From the NCBI GenBank assembly GCA_963813025.1, contig CAWEXO010000011.1:490230-554229 (forward strand): 64,000 bases of DNA, written 5' to 3'. Below the pieces are notes generated by a model, which saw only the letters and a list, made by a program, of their open reading frames with translations, was not told where the DNA came from and ran no database searches. Both the position numbers and the translations under genes were made by a program. Each line of letters opens with the position of its first letter. Position 1 is the stretch's first letter. Positions 26,851 to 35,810 of this stretch are shown one piece after another. Source of the stretch: an uncultured Verrucomicrobiae bacterium (GTDB lineage Bacteria > Verrucomicrobiota > Verrucomicrobiia > Chthoniobacterales > JAFAMB01).

Positions 26851-27708
26851 TCAGGGTGCAGATCGCACGTTATCGGCGTCTTCGTCGGCTAGCTTTGTTA
26901 CTTCGAGCGTTTGCTCCAGTGACGGGGGTTGAAGCGCGACGAGACCGCGGATTGCTTGTTCCAAATTGGTGTAAACGTCTCCGACCCGCGCTTCGCGCAA
27001 GCGGCGGATGAGCCGGACAGCACCTTGCGGCGGTAAACTCCACAGACCAATGAAGACGGTGGCTTCCGGCAAAGCGACCTGCAAGGCGCGCGCCATTTTG
27101 TCAAGCGTAGCCGCAGACCGCGCCGCCACGCACGAAAGGATGATTACGGTAGCCTGAAGCTCTCTGAGCCGCTCGAGCTTTTCGGCACGGAGCAATTTGC
27201 TCGGGATGAGGTGCACACCCAGCCCTTCCTGCCTCAGTAAGTCCGCCAACGCCTGACCTACTACTTCGTCCCCTTCCCCCACGAACGGAACGATCGCAAC
27301 GACGTGATTGCTAACGAGGGTATTGCTATCCGCGGTTTCCTTCGATTCAGCCGGCGCGGGGGCCAAGCCCTCGAGCACCTCGCGCAGCTGCTGGTAAATA
27401 CGCGTTTTCGTCGGATTGGATGCCGCACCCGGGAAAAGTTCATTTTCGATCGCCCGTACCGTAGGCATCACCAGTTCTTCGGCGGAATCCAAGGTCAACT
27501 GGGATCCGATGACTTCGTGCACGAGCGCTTTGGCTTCCGGAAGTCGGTTTTCCGTCAGCAGCCTCGTGAGTTTGACCTCCGTCGCCGTCGGCGGTTCCGA
27601 GGCCAAGAGAACACTACAGAAGTGAAAGGCCGGAAGTAGCGTCCCAGGACAACCAGACACGCCGTAAGCGGAGTGGCCAACACCAAACCGAGCGGTCCCC
27701 ACAGCCAT
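26851..27708 (-). CDS. cytoplasmic C-terminal domain of the long AI-2E transporter (Rossmann/B12-binding-like); probably continuous with 27555-28706
   Basis: From about codon 27 onward it reads FHFCSVLLASEPP..., the conserved segment that normally follows the last TM of long AI-2E proteins. The distal part (VVAIVPFVGEGDE...VIILSCVAARSAATL) is flavodoxin/B12-binding-like. The first roughly 25 codons overlap the upstream ORF in another frame. Confidence 0.6.
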   Translation of the reverse strand: MAVGTARFGVGHSAYGVSGCPGTLLPAFHFCSVLLASEPPTATEVKLTRLLTENRLPEAKALVHEVIGSQLTLDSAEELVMPTVRAIENELFPGAASNPTKTRIYQQLREVLEGLAPAPAESKETADSNTLVSNHVVAIVPFVGEGDEVVGQALADLLRQEGLGVHLIPSKLLRAEKLERLRELQATVIILSCVAARSAATLDKMARALQVALPEATVFIGLWSLPPQGAVRLIRRLREARVGDVYTNLEQAIRGLVALQPPSLEQTLEVTKLADEDADNVRSAP

Positions 27709-28706
27709 GTCCAGAACAGCGCGGAAGCAATTACCGCAAGAGGCGAGATTCCCGCGCTGCCACCCAAGACAATGGGCTCAATGACGTTATTAGTGAACAC
27801 TTCCAAAACGACGTAAACTCCCAGCGTCAGCAGCGGAGTTGTCCAGCCCGTCGAGGTCGCGATTGACAAGACGAAAGGGAAAGCCGCCGAGAGCCAGACC
27901 CCCACGTACGGCAGGAACCGCAACGCCAGCGTAAGCACCGCCCAAAGAACGGCATTCGGGATGCCGAGAAAGTAAAGGCCAACCCCAACAGCGACGGCAA
28001 AGCCGGTATTAATCTGAAGTTGGGCTAACAAGAACCCGCTCAAGCGAGCACCCACCTCGTCTACCGCAAGAGTGGTAGTCGCGCTGTGCGAGTGGCCCAC
28101 CAATCGCAGGAAACGCTGGCGGAGTCGGCGTCGTTCCAACAAAAGAAACACGACCAGCAGCACTACTACCGCAAACTCGGTGGCAGGCCCAACCAGCGGC
28201 GTGAGGCTGCTCTGGGCTATCGCCAGAAGATTTCCCTTTCCTCCGACTACTTCCACTTTGGTCGGCCGCTGAGCTTGACTGACATCGACCGCGGAGGCCG
28301 AGACCTTGCTGAGGTCGTCGATTAACGCGTGAAAATTGCGCGTCGCCGCGCTGAACGGGCCGGGCGGCCCCTGGCGCAGCGACTCCCAGCGAGCGATGAT
28401 GTTGCTGCGGTACTTGGGTACTGTGTTGACGAGGTCCAACGCCTGCGAGGAAACGACCGCACAAAGGGTACCCAGAAGCAGGAAAGCGATCACGACCACG
28501 CTCAGCACGGCCAAGAGAGGGCGAAAACCGTGGCGCTCAAGCCATCCAACTGCCGGGCCCAACACCAGGGTGAACAAACCGGCCAGAATCAGAGGCAGCA
28601 AGAACGCCTTGCCCCAAGCCAATCCACCTAGCATGAGAAAGAAAGAGATAATCTGAATAAGCCGGCCGAGCTCCGAAGGGAGTTTATTTTCAACGGAGTC
28701 GGGCAT
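27555..28706 (-). CDS. AI-2E family transporter (PerM/UPF0118), membrane core
   Basis: 383 aa, about 8 TM helices. Motifs FLPYVGVWLSAAFP and LATPLTACLVVLGRY. The tail after GRY (FRPFTSVVFSWPRNRRRRRRS) looks like out-of-frame read-through. Confidence 0.85.
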   Translation of the reverse strand: MPDSVENKLPSELGRLIQIISFFLMLGGLAWGKAFLLPLILAGLFTLVLGPAVGWLERHGFRPLLAVLSVVVIAFLLLGTLCAVVSSQALDLVNTVPKYRSNIIARWESLRQGPPGPFSAATRNFHALIDDLSKVSASAVDVSQAQRPTKVEVVGGKGNLLAIAQSSLTPLVGPATEFAVVVLLVVFLLLERRRLRQRFLRLVGHSHSATTTLAVDEVGARLSGFLLAQLQINTGFAVAVGVGLYFLGIPNAVLWAVLTLALRFLPYVGVWLSAAFPFVLSIATSTGWTTPLLTLGVYVVLEVFTNNVIEPIVLGGSAGISPLAVIASALFWTWLWGPLGLVLATPLTACLVVLGRYFRPFTSVVFSWPRNRRRRRRSNSRGC

Positions 28707-28877
28707 TGGAGAGGCTAGCGGGCGTTAGTACCGGATTTACCACTCGAAGATCGAGCGGCTTCGCGGTTAGATCGTCCCGGACCAGCCCGGCGGTCGTGCG
28801 GCGGTTGCATCGATTCTGCGAACGGGTGCGTCGTTTTCTCCGCCTCCGGAGTGCGCGGCAGACAGAAAGGGGCGGCC

Positions 28878-29307
28878 AAAGGGGACAGGTCACTTGCCGG
28901 CCCGCAACTCCTCATCCATCGCGTAGGGCGTGTGGGCGAAACAGACAGCGTTTAAGGGGACAGGTCATCCGGCGGCAACGCTTCGAACCTCGAAGTCGAC
29001 GCAACAGGGATACGGACGAGGCCGTAAAGTCCGGCTTCCACCCGCTCCACTTGTGACGGGCGGCTAAGGGGGACAGGTCACTTGCCGGCCCGCAACTCTC
29101 CGCCCGTCGAGCGGCGGCCAAGGGGGCAGGTTATCCGGTCCAGCGACCCTCCGCCCCATCGGGTAGCGAGTGCGCGGCTAAGGGGACAGGTCATCCGGCG
29201 GCAACGCTTCGAACCTCGAAGTCGACGCAACAGGGATACGGACGAGGCCGTCCGCGCTACCCTCAAGCGATGCCCTAGAGTCCGGAGTCCACCCGCTCCA
29301 CTTGTGA
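28878..29307 (+). repeat. dense cluster of GGGGACAGGTC-family repeats (two longer unit types, each duplicated)
   Basis: Unit A, aaggggacaggtcacttgccggcccgcaactc, occurs at 28878-28910 and 29066-29098. The 73-nt unit B occurs at 28953-29025 and 29179-29251. The tail gtccgg..tccacccgctccacttgtga occurs at 29029-29056 and 29280-29307. The cluster sits in an 877-bp divergent intergenic region. Confidence 0.9.
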
Positions 29308-29583
29308 GGTTCTTCGGAAAAGCTGTGAATAAAGTCCGATAACTTCGGGCAGGCGCGTGTTGTTGGCTGGATCCCGCCGGCCATTCCGAAGTTAATACCA
29401 CTGATTTGCAGGTCTCAGCTTCGCTCTCAGAGTGCTTTCCGAAGATTGCAGCGGACTTGCTCACAACCTTAAGAAGAAGAAGATAGGGTAGTATAAATTC
29501 GGATCATCTCCGAAAGGATCAATAACTCCGGATAATTCTCGAGCCAGTTGAGGAACACCTCGGTTTGTTCTACCGGTTCAAGG

Positions 29584-30258
29584 ATGCGTGTCCTTGTGGC
29601 CGAAGACGAAAAAAAGGTTTGTCACTTCGTACAGAAAGCCCTCGAAGAGGTAGGGTTTGCAGTGGACGCGGTGAACGACGGTGAGAAGGCGCTCGAGCTC
29701 GGGCAGCGCTCGGCCTACGATGTCATCGTCCTCGATATAATGATGCCGGGCCAGGACGGACTCACCATTCTCCGGACTCTGCGAAAAGCACGCAACTCGA
29801 CACCTATTTTACTTCTGACCGCGCGCGGGGAAGTCTCCCAGCGAGTAGAAGGTCTGGAACTCGGCGCTGACGATTATCTAGCCAAACCGTTTGCCATGCG
29901 CGAATTGGTCGCCCGGGTCAATGCTCTTGCCCGGAGGGCTTCCGGCGAACGGCTGACCGTGCTGCGAGTAGGAGATCTTGTCTTAAACCTTGTCACCCGA
30001 GAGGTGACCCGCAACGGCCAGAAAATAGAGCTGGCCGTACGGGAATTCGCCTTGCTTGATTATTTGATGAGGTATCCCGGCCAGGTGCTGTCGCGCACCA
30101 GTATCAGTGAACAGGTCTGGAACTATCATTTTGATACGGGGACGAATGTTGTCGATGTTTACATCAATCGTTTGCGACGCAAGGTAGACGATTTTCATCA
30201 GATTAAACTGCTCCACACGGTGCGTGGTATCGGCTACATGTTAAAGGCGCCCGAATGA
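29584..30258 (+). CDS. OmpR-family response regulator
   Basis: Start at MRVLVAEDEKK (ATG 29584). REC domain plus a winged-helix Trans_reg_C domain (LTVLRVGDLVLNLVTREVTRNGQKIELAVREFALLDYLM, VRGIGYML). Confidence 0.9.
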   Translation: MRVLVAEDEKKVCHFVQKALEEVGFAVDAVNDGEKALELGQRSAYDVIVLDIMMPGQDGLTILRTLRKARNSTPILLLTARGEVSQRVEGLELGADDYLAKPFAMRELVARVNALARRASGERLTVLRVGDLVLNLVTREVTRNGQKIELAVREFALLDYLMRYPGQVLSRTSISEQVWNYHFDTGTNVVDVYINRLRRKVDDFHQIKLLHTVRGIGYMLKAPE

Positions 30259-31664
30259 AACACTGGCATTTGAGTACGAAGCTGACCGCGTGGTCTGCTT
30301 TGATCGTCGGACTAAGCGTGCTGGCTTGCGCGGTCGGCACCGGCATTTTTCTGCGGCATGAACAATTGGAAATACTCGACAATCAGCTCAAAAGAGAAGC
30401 ACGCCATTTTTTTGCCGAATGGGAGGTGCGGACCGACCAGTCTTTTGACCAGAAGTTGGCGGAGGTCGAGCAGATGCTGCCTGTCCCGGCCAGCAAGCGT
30501 TATTATGAACTGCTCGATGATAATCGGCAGGTGCTGTACCGATCAAAAGATCTACCGGTTCGCGATCTCCCTTCCCCCCGCCTGATCGTCGATACGGTCC
30601 GATTGCCCAAGCAATATTATCGGCTAGCGACATTTCGGAAGGACGGCCTGGAGTTGCGTCTGGCGGCGAATATTCACGAAATCGAAACGAACGCCACTGA
30701 GCGAGCGATGGCGATCTTACCGGCGCTGCCGCTATTGGTTGGACTAACCGTTTTCGGTGGATGGTGGATCGCCCGAAAAGCGCTCGATCCGGTCAACAGC
30801 ATCGCCGCTTCCGCTGAGCAGATCACCGCTGAGCGACTTGATCGGCGGCTGCCTGCTCCCCCGGTTGAGGATGAGATAGGCCGTCTTACACGGGTGCTGA
30901 ACGAAATGTTTGATCGCCTCGACCAGAGCTTCCAGCAGGCGGTACGGTTCAGTGCCGATGCATCCCATGAATTAAAAACTCCCCTGACCGTTTTAAGAAC
31001 GGGAATAGAGGACCTCCTGGAATCTCCTGCACTGATTGAGCGGGACCGGACGGCTGTGGCTGGCTTACTGGAGCAGACGCTCCGGCTGTCCTCGATCATC
31101 GATAGCCTTCTTTTGTTGTCGCGCGCGGATTGCGGCCGGCTGCAACTGGATCTGCAGCCGACCGACGTTTCGGAATTGATTGCGACCTGCGTAGAGGACG
31201 CCAGGATCCAGGCCGAGCCGAGACAGATCGACATTGAAGCGCGCTTGCCGCAGCGCCTTTGGGGTTATGTTGATGCTGGACGTCTCGGACAAATTCTGCT
31301 GAATCTTTTGAGCAACGCTATCAAGTTCAACGTCGATCGCGGACACATCACCGTGGCAGCCGGTCATGACGAATCCGACAAAATCCTCTGGATTAGGGTA
31401 GGCAACACTGGTCCCGCAATCCCCCCGAACGAGGTACCGCACGTTTTTGAGCGCTTTTTTCGCAGCGATATCCAGCGCGACGTCCCTGGGCATGGTTTGG
31501 GATTAAGCCTGGCAAGGGAATTGGCCAGAGCGCACGGCGGCGATCTTGAACTTGAACATTCGGAAGACGGTTGGAGCCAGTTCCGGCTGACATTGGCGAT
31601 CGAGAAAACGGAATTAAAAGCGGTGGCGGCGGAGGGAGCGGGTTCGGCAGTCGGAAGTGGTTGA
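30255..31664 (+). CDS. sensor histidine kinase, CusS/heavy-metal-sensor-like architecture
   Basis: 469 aa. Two TM helices, HAMP, the H-box ASHELKTPLTVL, and HATPase_c motifs (LLNLLSNAIKFN, GHGLGLSLAREL). Its start overlaps the regulator stop by 4 nt. Confidence 0.85.
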   Translation: MKHWHLSTKLTAWSALIVGLSVLACAVGTGIFLRHEQLEILDNQLKREARHFFAEWEVRTDQSFDQKLAEVEQMLPVPASKRYYELLDDNRQVLYRSKDLPVRDLPSPRLIVDTVRLPKQYYRLATFRKDGLELRLAANIHEIETNATERAMAILPALPLLVGLTVFGGWWIARKALDPVNSIAASAEQITAERLDRRLPAPPVEDEIGRLTRVLNEMFDRLDQSFQQAVRFSADASHELKTPLTVLRTGIEDLLESPALIERDRTAVAGLLEQTLRLSSIIDSLLLLSRADCGRLQLDLQPTDVSELIATCVEDARIQAEPRQIDIEARLPQRLWGYVDAGRLGQILLNLLSNAIKFNVDRGHITVAAGHDESDKILWIRVGNTGPAIPPNEVPHVFERFFRSDIQRDVPGHGLGLSLARELARAHGGDLELEHSEDGWSQFRLTLAIEKTELKAVAAEGAGSAVGSG

Positions 31665-31746
31665 TCGATTGCAGATTGGATCGACTTGATTGCTGGTTCA
31701 CTTCTGCGCTCTTGCGCTATATCCCGCCGCTGACCGGCTGACTCTT

Positions 31747-33124
31747 TTAAATATGAATCGCCAGACCGAAGGCCTGCTCACTGGCTTCGTGGACCGCTTC
31801 GCTGAGCGTAGGGTGCGAGTGGATGGTGGCGTCGATATCTTCGTAAGTAGCCTCAAGGTTCATGGCCAGACCGAGCTCAGCAATCAACTCGGTTGCCTCC
31901 GGACCAATGATGTGTGCGCCCAGAATCTCCCCGTGTGGCTGACCGATAAGCAGCTTCACAAATCCTTCTGATTCACCCACGGCAAGAGCTTTCCCGTTCG
32001 CGGAGAACGGAAACTTGCCGATTTTGAAGTCCAATCCCTGCTCTCTGGCGGCACGTTCCGTCAGTCCAATGCTGGCGACCTGCGGTTGGCAATAGGTGCA
32101 GCCAGGAAAGAACTTGATTTTCTTCGGAGGATGCCCGACGAAGAGTCCTTCAACGGTCTGAATAGCTTCCCAGCTAGCGACGTGGGCCAGCCAAGGCGGG
32201 CCAATGATGTCGCCCGCCGCATAGATGCCGGGAACACTGGTCTGGTAATTATCATCAGTTTCCAGGAAACCACCTCTTTCCACGGCGCAGCTCCACGCCC
32301 GGCGGCACAACGGGAGACACACCAATCGCGACCAGCACGGCATCTCCCTCCAGCGTCTGCTTTTTCTTGCCTTCAACCGTGAGACCCACCGCGTTCTCGC
32401 CGGCTTCGGCCTGAACGACCTTGGTATTGGTCAGGAACTTGATGCCCTGCCGCGTAAACGCTTTTTCCAAGGCGACGCTGACTTCGGTATCTTCCACCGG
32501 CAACAGGTTCGGCAGCATCTCGACCAGCGTGACCTCGGTGCCGAACGCATTAAAAAAGTAAGCGAATTCGACCCCGATCGCGCCGGCCCCGATGATAATC
32601 AGCCGCTTGGGTTGGTTCTCAACGATCATTGCCTGATGGCTGTCGAGCACCGTTGTACCGTTGACGTCCAAGCTTGGCATGGCTTTAGCGATACACCCGG
32701 TGCTGATCAAAATTTTGCCGGTTTCCGCCGTTTCCTCCCGGCCCTCCCGTGATCGGTAACGCACTTGTCCCGCCTGCGGAATCGTTCCTTCGCCCAGCAA
32801 ATAGTCGATCTTGTTTTTCTTGAAAAGAAATTCGACGCCGCCGGCTAGTTTGTTGGCTACTGAACGGCTGCGGGAGATGATCTTGGGCCAGTCAAAGCTC
32901 AGGTTGTCAAATTTGATGCCAAAGTCGCCGGCGCGCCGGCTCAGCAACGAATATAGCTCGGCATTGCGCAGAAGGGATTTTGTCGGAATGCAACCCCAAT
33001 TCAGGCAGGTGCCCCCTGCCCTGTCTCTCTCGATACAGGCTACTTTTTTTCCAAGTTGTGCCGCGCGAATAGCTCCAACATAACCGGCCGGGCCACCGCC
33101 GATGACTATAAGGTCATATTTCAT
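31747..33124 (-). pseudogene. lpdA: dihydrolipoyl dehydrogenase (E3), interrupted by a 1-nt frameshift near 32284-32288 (or a sequence error)
   Basis: The N-terminal ORF 32255-33124 has MKYDLIVIGGGPAGY and GGTCLNWGCIPTK. The C-terminal ORF 31747-32376 has GIYAAGD and the dimerisation end HSHPTLSE. Removing one C in ctgcgccgtg restores PGVELAVERGGFLETDD. Confidence 0.85.
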
Positions 33125-33137
33125 AGGTGAGTGCGAG

Positions 33138-33256
33138 TGCTAGTGCCAGTGCTTCCGAGCGAGTATCAATGCTCACTGCTGCTTTCCGTGCAAGCACACT
33201 CTTCGGGAAATTGCCGCCTTACGATCTGACGACCGACGCTGACACTGGCACTAGCA
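33138..33256. repeat. inverted repeat bracketing the E2-lpdA intergenic region
   Basis: tgctagtgccagtg (33138-33151) is the exact reverse complement of cactggcactagca (33243-33256), with partial pairing extending outward. The spacer is about 90 nt. Confidence 0.7.
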
Positions 33257-33266
33257 TTGGCACTAC

Positions 33267-34646
33267 TTAAATCAACATTAAGGCCGGAGTCTCGATAAGC
33301 CTTTTCAGCTCAGCAAGGAACTGCGCCCCAATCGCTCCATCGACCACGCGATGATCGCAGCTCAATCCAAGTGTCATTCTCTCGCCCGCGGCCAACTCGC
33401 CCTTCTCGTTAACTACCGGCTTTTTGACGATCGCGCCGACCGATACGATCAGAGCCTGCGGTGGGTTAATGATGGCAAAAAATTGCTCCACACCATAGCT
33501 GCCGAGGTTCGAAACCGTTAACGTCCCTCCCTGGTATTCCTCGGGTTTCAACTTCTTGGAGCGAGCCCGGGCGGCGAGATCTTTAATGTCGGCGCTGATC
33601 TGAAGCAGGCTTTTGTTTTGGGCTTCGCGAATGACTGGAGTGACCAGCCCTTCGTCAATGGCGACAGCGCAAGCGAGCTGAACATTGGCAAATTGGACAA
33701 TCGCGTCCCCCGCGAACGCCGCGTTGGCCTGAGGTACCCGGACAGCGACAACCGCCGTCGCTTTCAGGATAAAATCGTTGACAGTGACCTTTGGCTGCTT
33801 CGCCGCTTCTAGCGAAGCATTGATCTCGCGGCGAAGTGCCATTAGCGGTCCAACATCGACCTCAGCCTGCAGGTAAAAATGCGGGATGGTGGTTTTGGAC
33901 TCCAGAAGACGAGCAGCGATTCCTTTGCGCATTCCGCTGAGGACAATGCGTTTGTCTTCGGTGGCGGCGCGAACCGGCTGCCCTTCCGCCGGCTTTGGCG
34001 GCGTCGAGACAGGTTTCTCCGCTGCACGGGCGGGTTTGGCGCCGGCTTTGGCGGCTGCCAGAACGTCGTCGCGGACGATTCGCCCGCCGGGTCCGGTGCC
34101 AGTGAGAGATCCCAGGTCGACACCAAGCTCGCGGCCAATTTTCCGAGCCAGCGGCGAGGCTTTCACCCGTTGACCGGTTTTCCCGCTGTCTTCGGCGGCG
34201 CGAATTCCCTGCGTAGCAGTCTCTCCAGGAGCGGTCGAGCTCGGCGGTTTTGCTTCGCCCTCCGTCTTGTCAGCAATCTCCGGCTGCGTCGCGTCTCTCT
34301 CAGCTTGGGCCGTTCTGCCCTGCGCTTCGTCCTTTTGTGTATCCTTGTTCGGACTCACTCCGGACTGCTCGGAAGTGGCCGATTTAGCTCCTCCGTCTGG
34401 TTTTTCTCCTTCCTGCAAAAGGACGGCTAGCTTCTGCCCAACTTCCACCTTTTGACCCTCCTCCACATAAATTTCGCTGAGCGTACCTTCGTCGAATGCC
34501 TCCATTTCCATCGTGGCCTTATCGGTCTCAACCTCGGCCAGAACGTCTCCCACCTCGACCTGGTCGCCTGGCTTCTTGATCCAACGCACCAGCGTGCCCT
34601 CCGTCATGGTGTCGCTCAGTTTCGGCATCTCGATCGTAATCGGCAT
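33267..34646 (-). CDS. pdhC: dihydrolipoamide acetyltransferase (E2) of the pyruvate dehydrogenase complex
   Basis: Start at MPITIEMPKLSDTM (ATG 34646). Lipoyl domain (VETDKATME), an Ala/Pro-rich linker, an E3-binding motif (ASPLARKIGRELGVDL), and the catalytic SCDHRVVDGA. Confidence 0.92.
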   Translation of the reverse strand: MPITIEMPKLSDTMTEGTLVRWIKKPGDQVEVGDVLAEVETDKATMEMEAFDEGTLSEIYVEEGQKVEVGQKLAVLLQEGEKPDGGAKSATSEQSGVSPNKDTQKDEAQGRTAQAERDATQPEIADKTEGEAKPPSSTAPGETATQGIRAAEDSGKTGQRVKASPLARKIGRELGVDLGSLTGTGPGGRIVRDDVLAAAKAGAKPARAAEKPVSTPPKPAEGQPVRAATEDKRIVLSGMRKGIAARLLESKTTIPHFYLQAEVDVGPLMALRREINASLEAAKQPKVTVNDFILKATAVVAVRVPQANAAFAGDAIVQFANVQLACAVAIDEGLVTPVIREAQNKSLLQISADIKDLAARARSKKLKPEEYQGGTLTVSNLGSYGVEQFFAIINPPQALIVSVGAIVKKPVVNEKGELAAGERMTLGLSCDHRVVDGAIGAQFLAELKRLIETPALMLI

Positions 34647-34662
34647 AGTGACGGACTGGAGT

Positions 34663-35637
34663 TCAGCAGATCTCAAGCACTTTGCACAGGACGCGCCGCG
34701 GGTCGGGCAGCTGCATTTTTTCCAGGGGCGGACTGTAAATCGCCGGCGCGTCCAGCGCGGAGATTCGCGCTATCGGAGCGTCCAGATCATCAAAGGCTTT
34801 CTCCTGGATCATAGCGGTTATTTGGGCGCCAGTACCGCAGAACGGCTTGTTCTCTTCCACGACAATCACCCGATGAGTTTTGCGCACCGACGCCAGGATC
34901 GTCCCCTCGTCCAATGGGCGAATCGAGCGCAGATCGATCACCTCAGCATTGATATCATGTTCCGCCGCCAGATGTTCGGCCGCCGTCAAACACGTGAGAA
35001 CCGCTCGCCCGTGTGCCACCAGAGTGATGTCCGTTCCCGCCCGCTTCACATCGGCTACTCCCAACGGAATGAGATACTCATCATCGGGAACCTCCCACTT
35101 CTCGCCGTAAAGCAGCGTGTTCTCCATGAACATCACCGGATCGTTATCACGGATCGAGGTTTTCAGCAGACCCTTGGCGTCGTAAGCTGTCGCCGGGACT
35201 ACCACTTTCAGCCCAGGCATGTTGGCCAAAAGATTATCAGGCGTATGAGAATGGGTCGCTCCGACGTTTGTGCCGGCATTCGCCGGACCGCGAATGACAA
35301 TGGGCAGATGCAACAGACCACCGGACATGTAACGGATACAGCCGGCATTATTCACTATCTGGTCGAACGCCACGTAAGCGAAACTCCAGAACATCAGTTC
35401 GAGAACCGGCCGCAATCCGAGCATCGACGCTCCAATCCCCATGCCGATGAAGGCTGCCTCGCTAATCGGAGTATCGACCAATCTCCGGTCGCCATACTTC
35501 TTCCAAAGGCCCTCGGTGATCTTGTAAGCGCCATTGTACTGGGCTACTTCCTCCCCGATGACCACCACATTTTCGTCCCGCTGGATCTCCTCATCGAGGG
35601 CAGTTTTCAGGGCGTTTCGATAAGTAATAAGAGGCAT
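34663..35637 (-). CDS. pdhB: pyruvate dehydrogenase E1 component, beta subunit
   Basis: 324 aa. Motifs VVVIGEEVAQYNGAYK, DTPISEAAFIGMGIGA, and a transketolase C-terminal domain. Confidence 0.95.
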   Translation of the reverse strand: MPLITYRNALKTALDEEIQRDENVVVIGEEVAQYNGAYKITEGLWKKYGDRRLVDTPISEAAFIGMGIGASMLGLRPVLELMFWSFAYVAFDQIVNNAGCIRYMSGGLLHLPIVIRGPANAGTNVGATHSHTPDNLLANMPGLKVVVPATAYDAKGLLKTSIRDNDPVMFMENTLLYGEKWEVPDDEYLIPLGVADVKRAGTDITLVAHGRAVLTCLTAAEHLAAEHDINAEVIDLRSIRPLDEGTILASVRKTHRVIVVEENKPFCGTGAQITAMIQEKAFDDLDAPIARISALDAPAIYSPPLEKMQLPDPRRVLCKVLEIC

Positions 35638-35810
35638 CGTGGCAAACTAGAGTCCTTGAACACTGAAATTACTGTAGATGAATCAAGTTCTTAAGCGGAT
35701 CTTTTTTAATTATTCTTTTCTTCGCTCTTCAATGACTCTGACCGCGAGACCGCAAAACCAGGGTCAGCTAGATCTCCACGCCTGCCTCGTCGGTCTGAGG
35801 TGCGGCCTCG

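Noticed and set aside
28706-29464. ORFs across the repeat cluster (28706-29056, 28912-29121, 29078-29464, 29082-29342), and likewise 62005-62322 and 60600-61201
   Set aside because: Their sequences are translations of the DNA repeats (recurring DLSP / TCPL / RTCPQNGP strings) in several frames and on both strands. There is no independent coding signal.
33243-33262. Sigma-54 promoter-like string tggcactagcattggc
   Set aside because: The -12 element reads TTGG rather than TTGC. It is part of the inverted repeat, and no plus-strand gene follows it.
34513-35694. 393-aa plus-strand ORF, with many similar long antisense ORFs (for example 25394-26272, 49308-50087, 10031-10690, 19442-19996, 20000-20602, 6715-7266)
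   Set aside because: These lie antisense to genes with unmistakable family motifs (pdhB/E2, HK, oxidoreductase, IS630, kdpB, kinase). They are low-complexity, Arg/Ser/Pro-rich shadow ORFs typical of GC-rich DNA.
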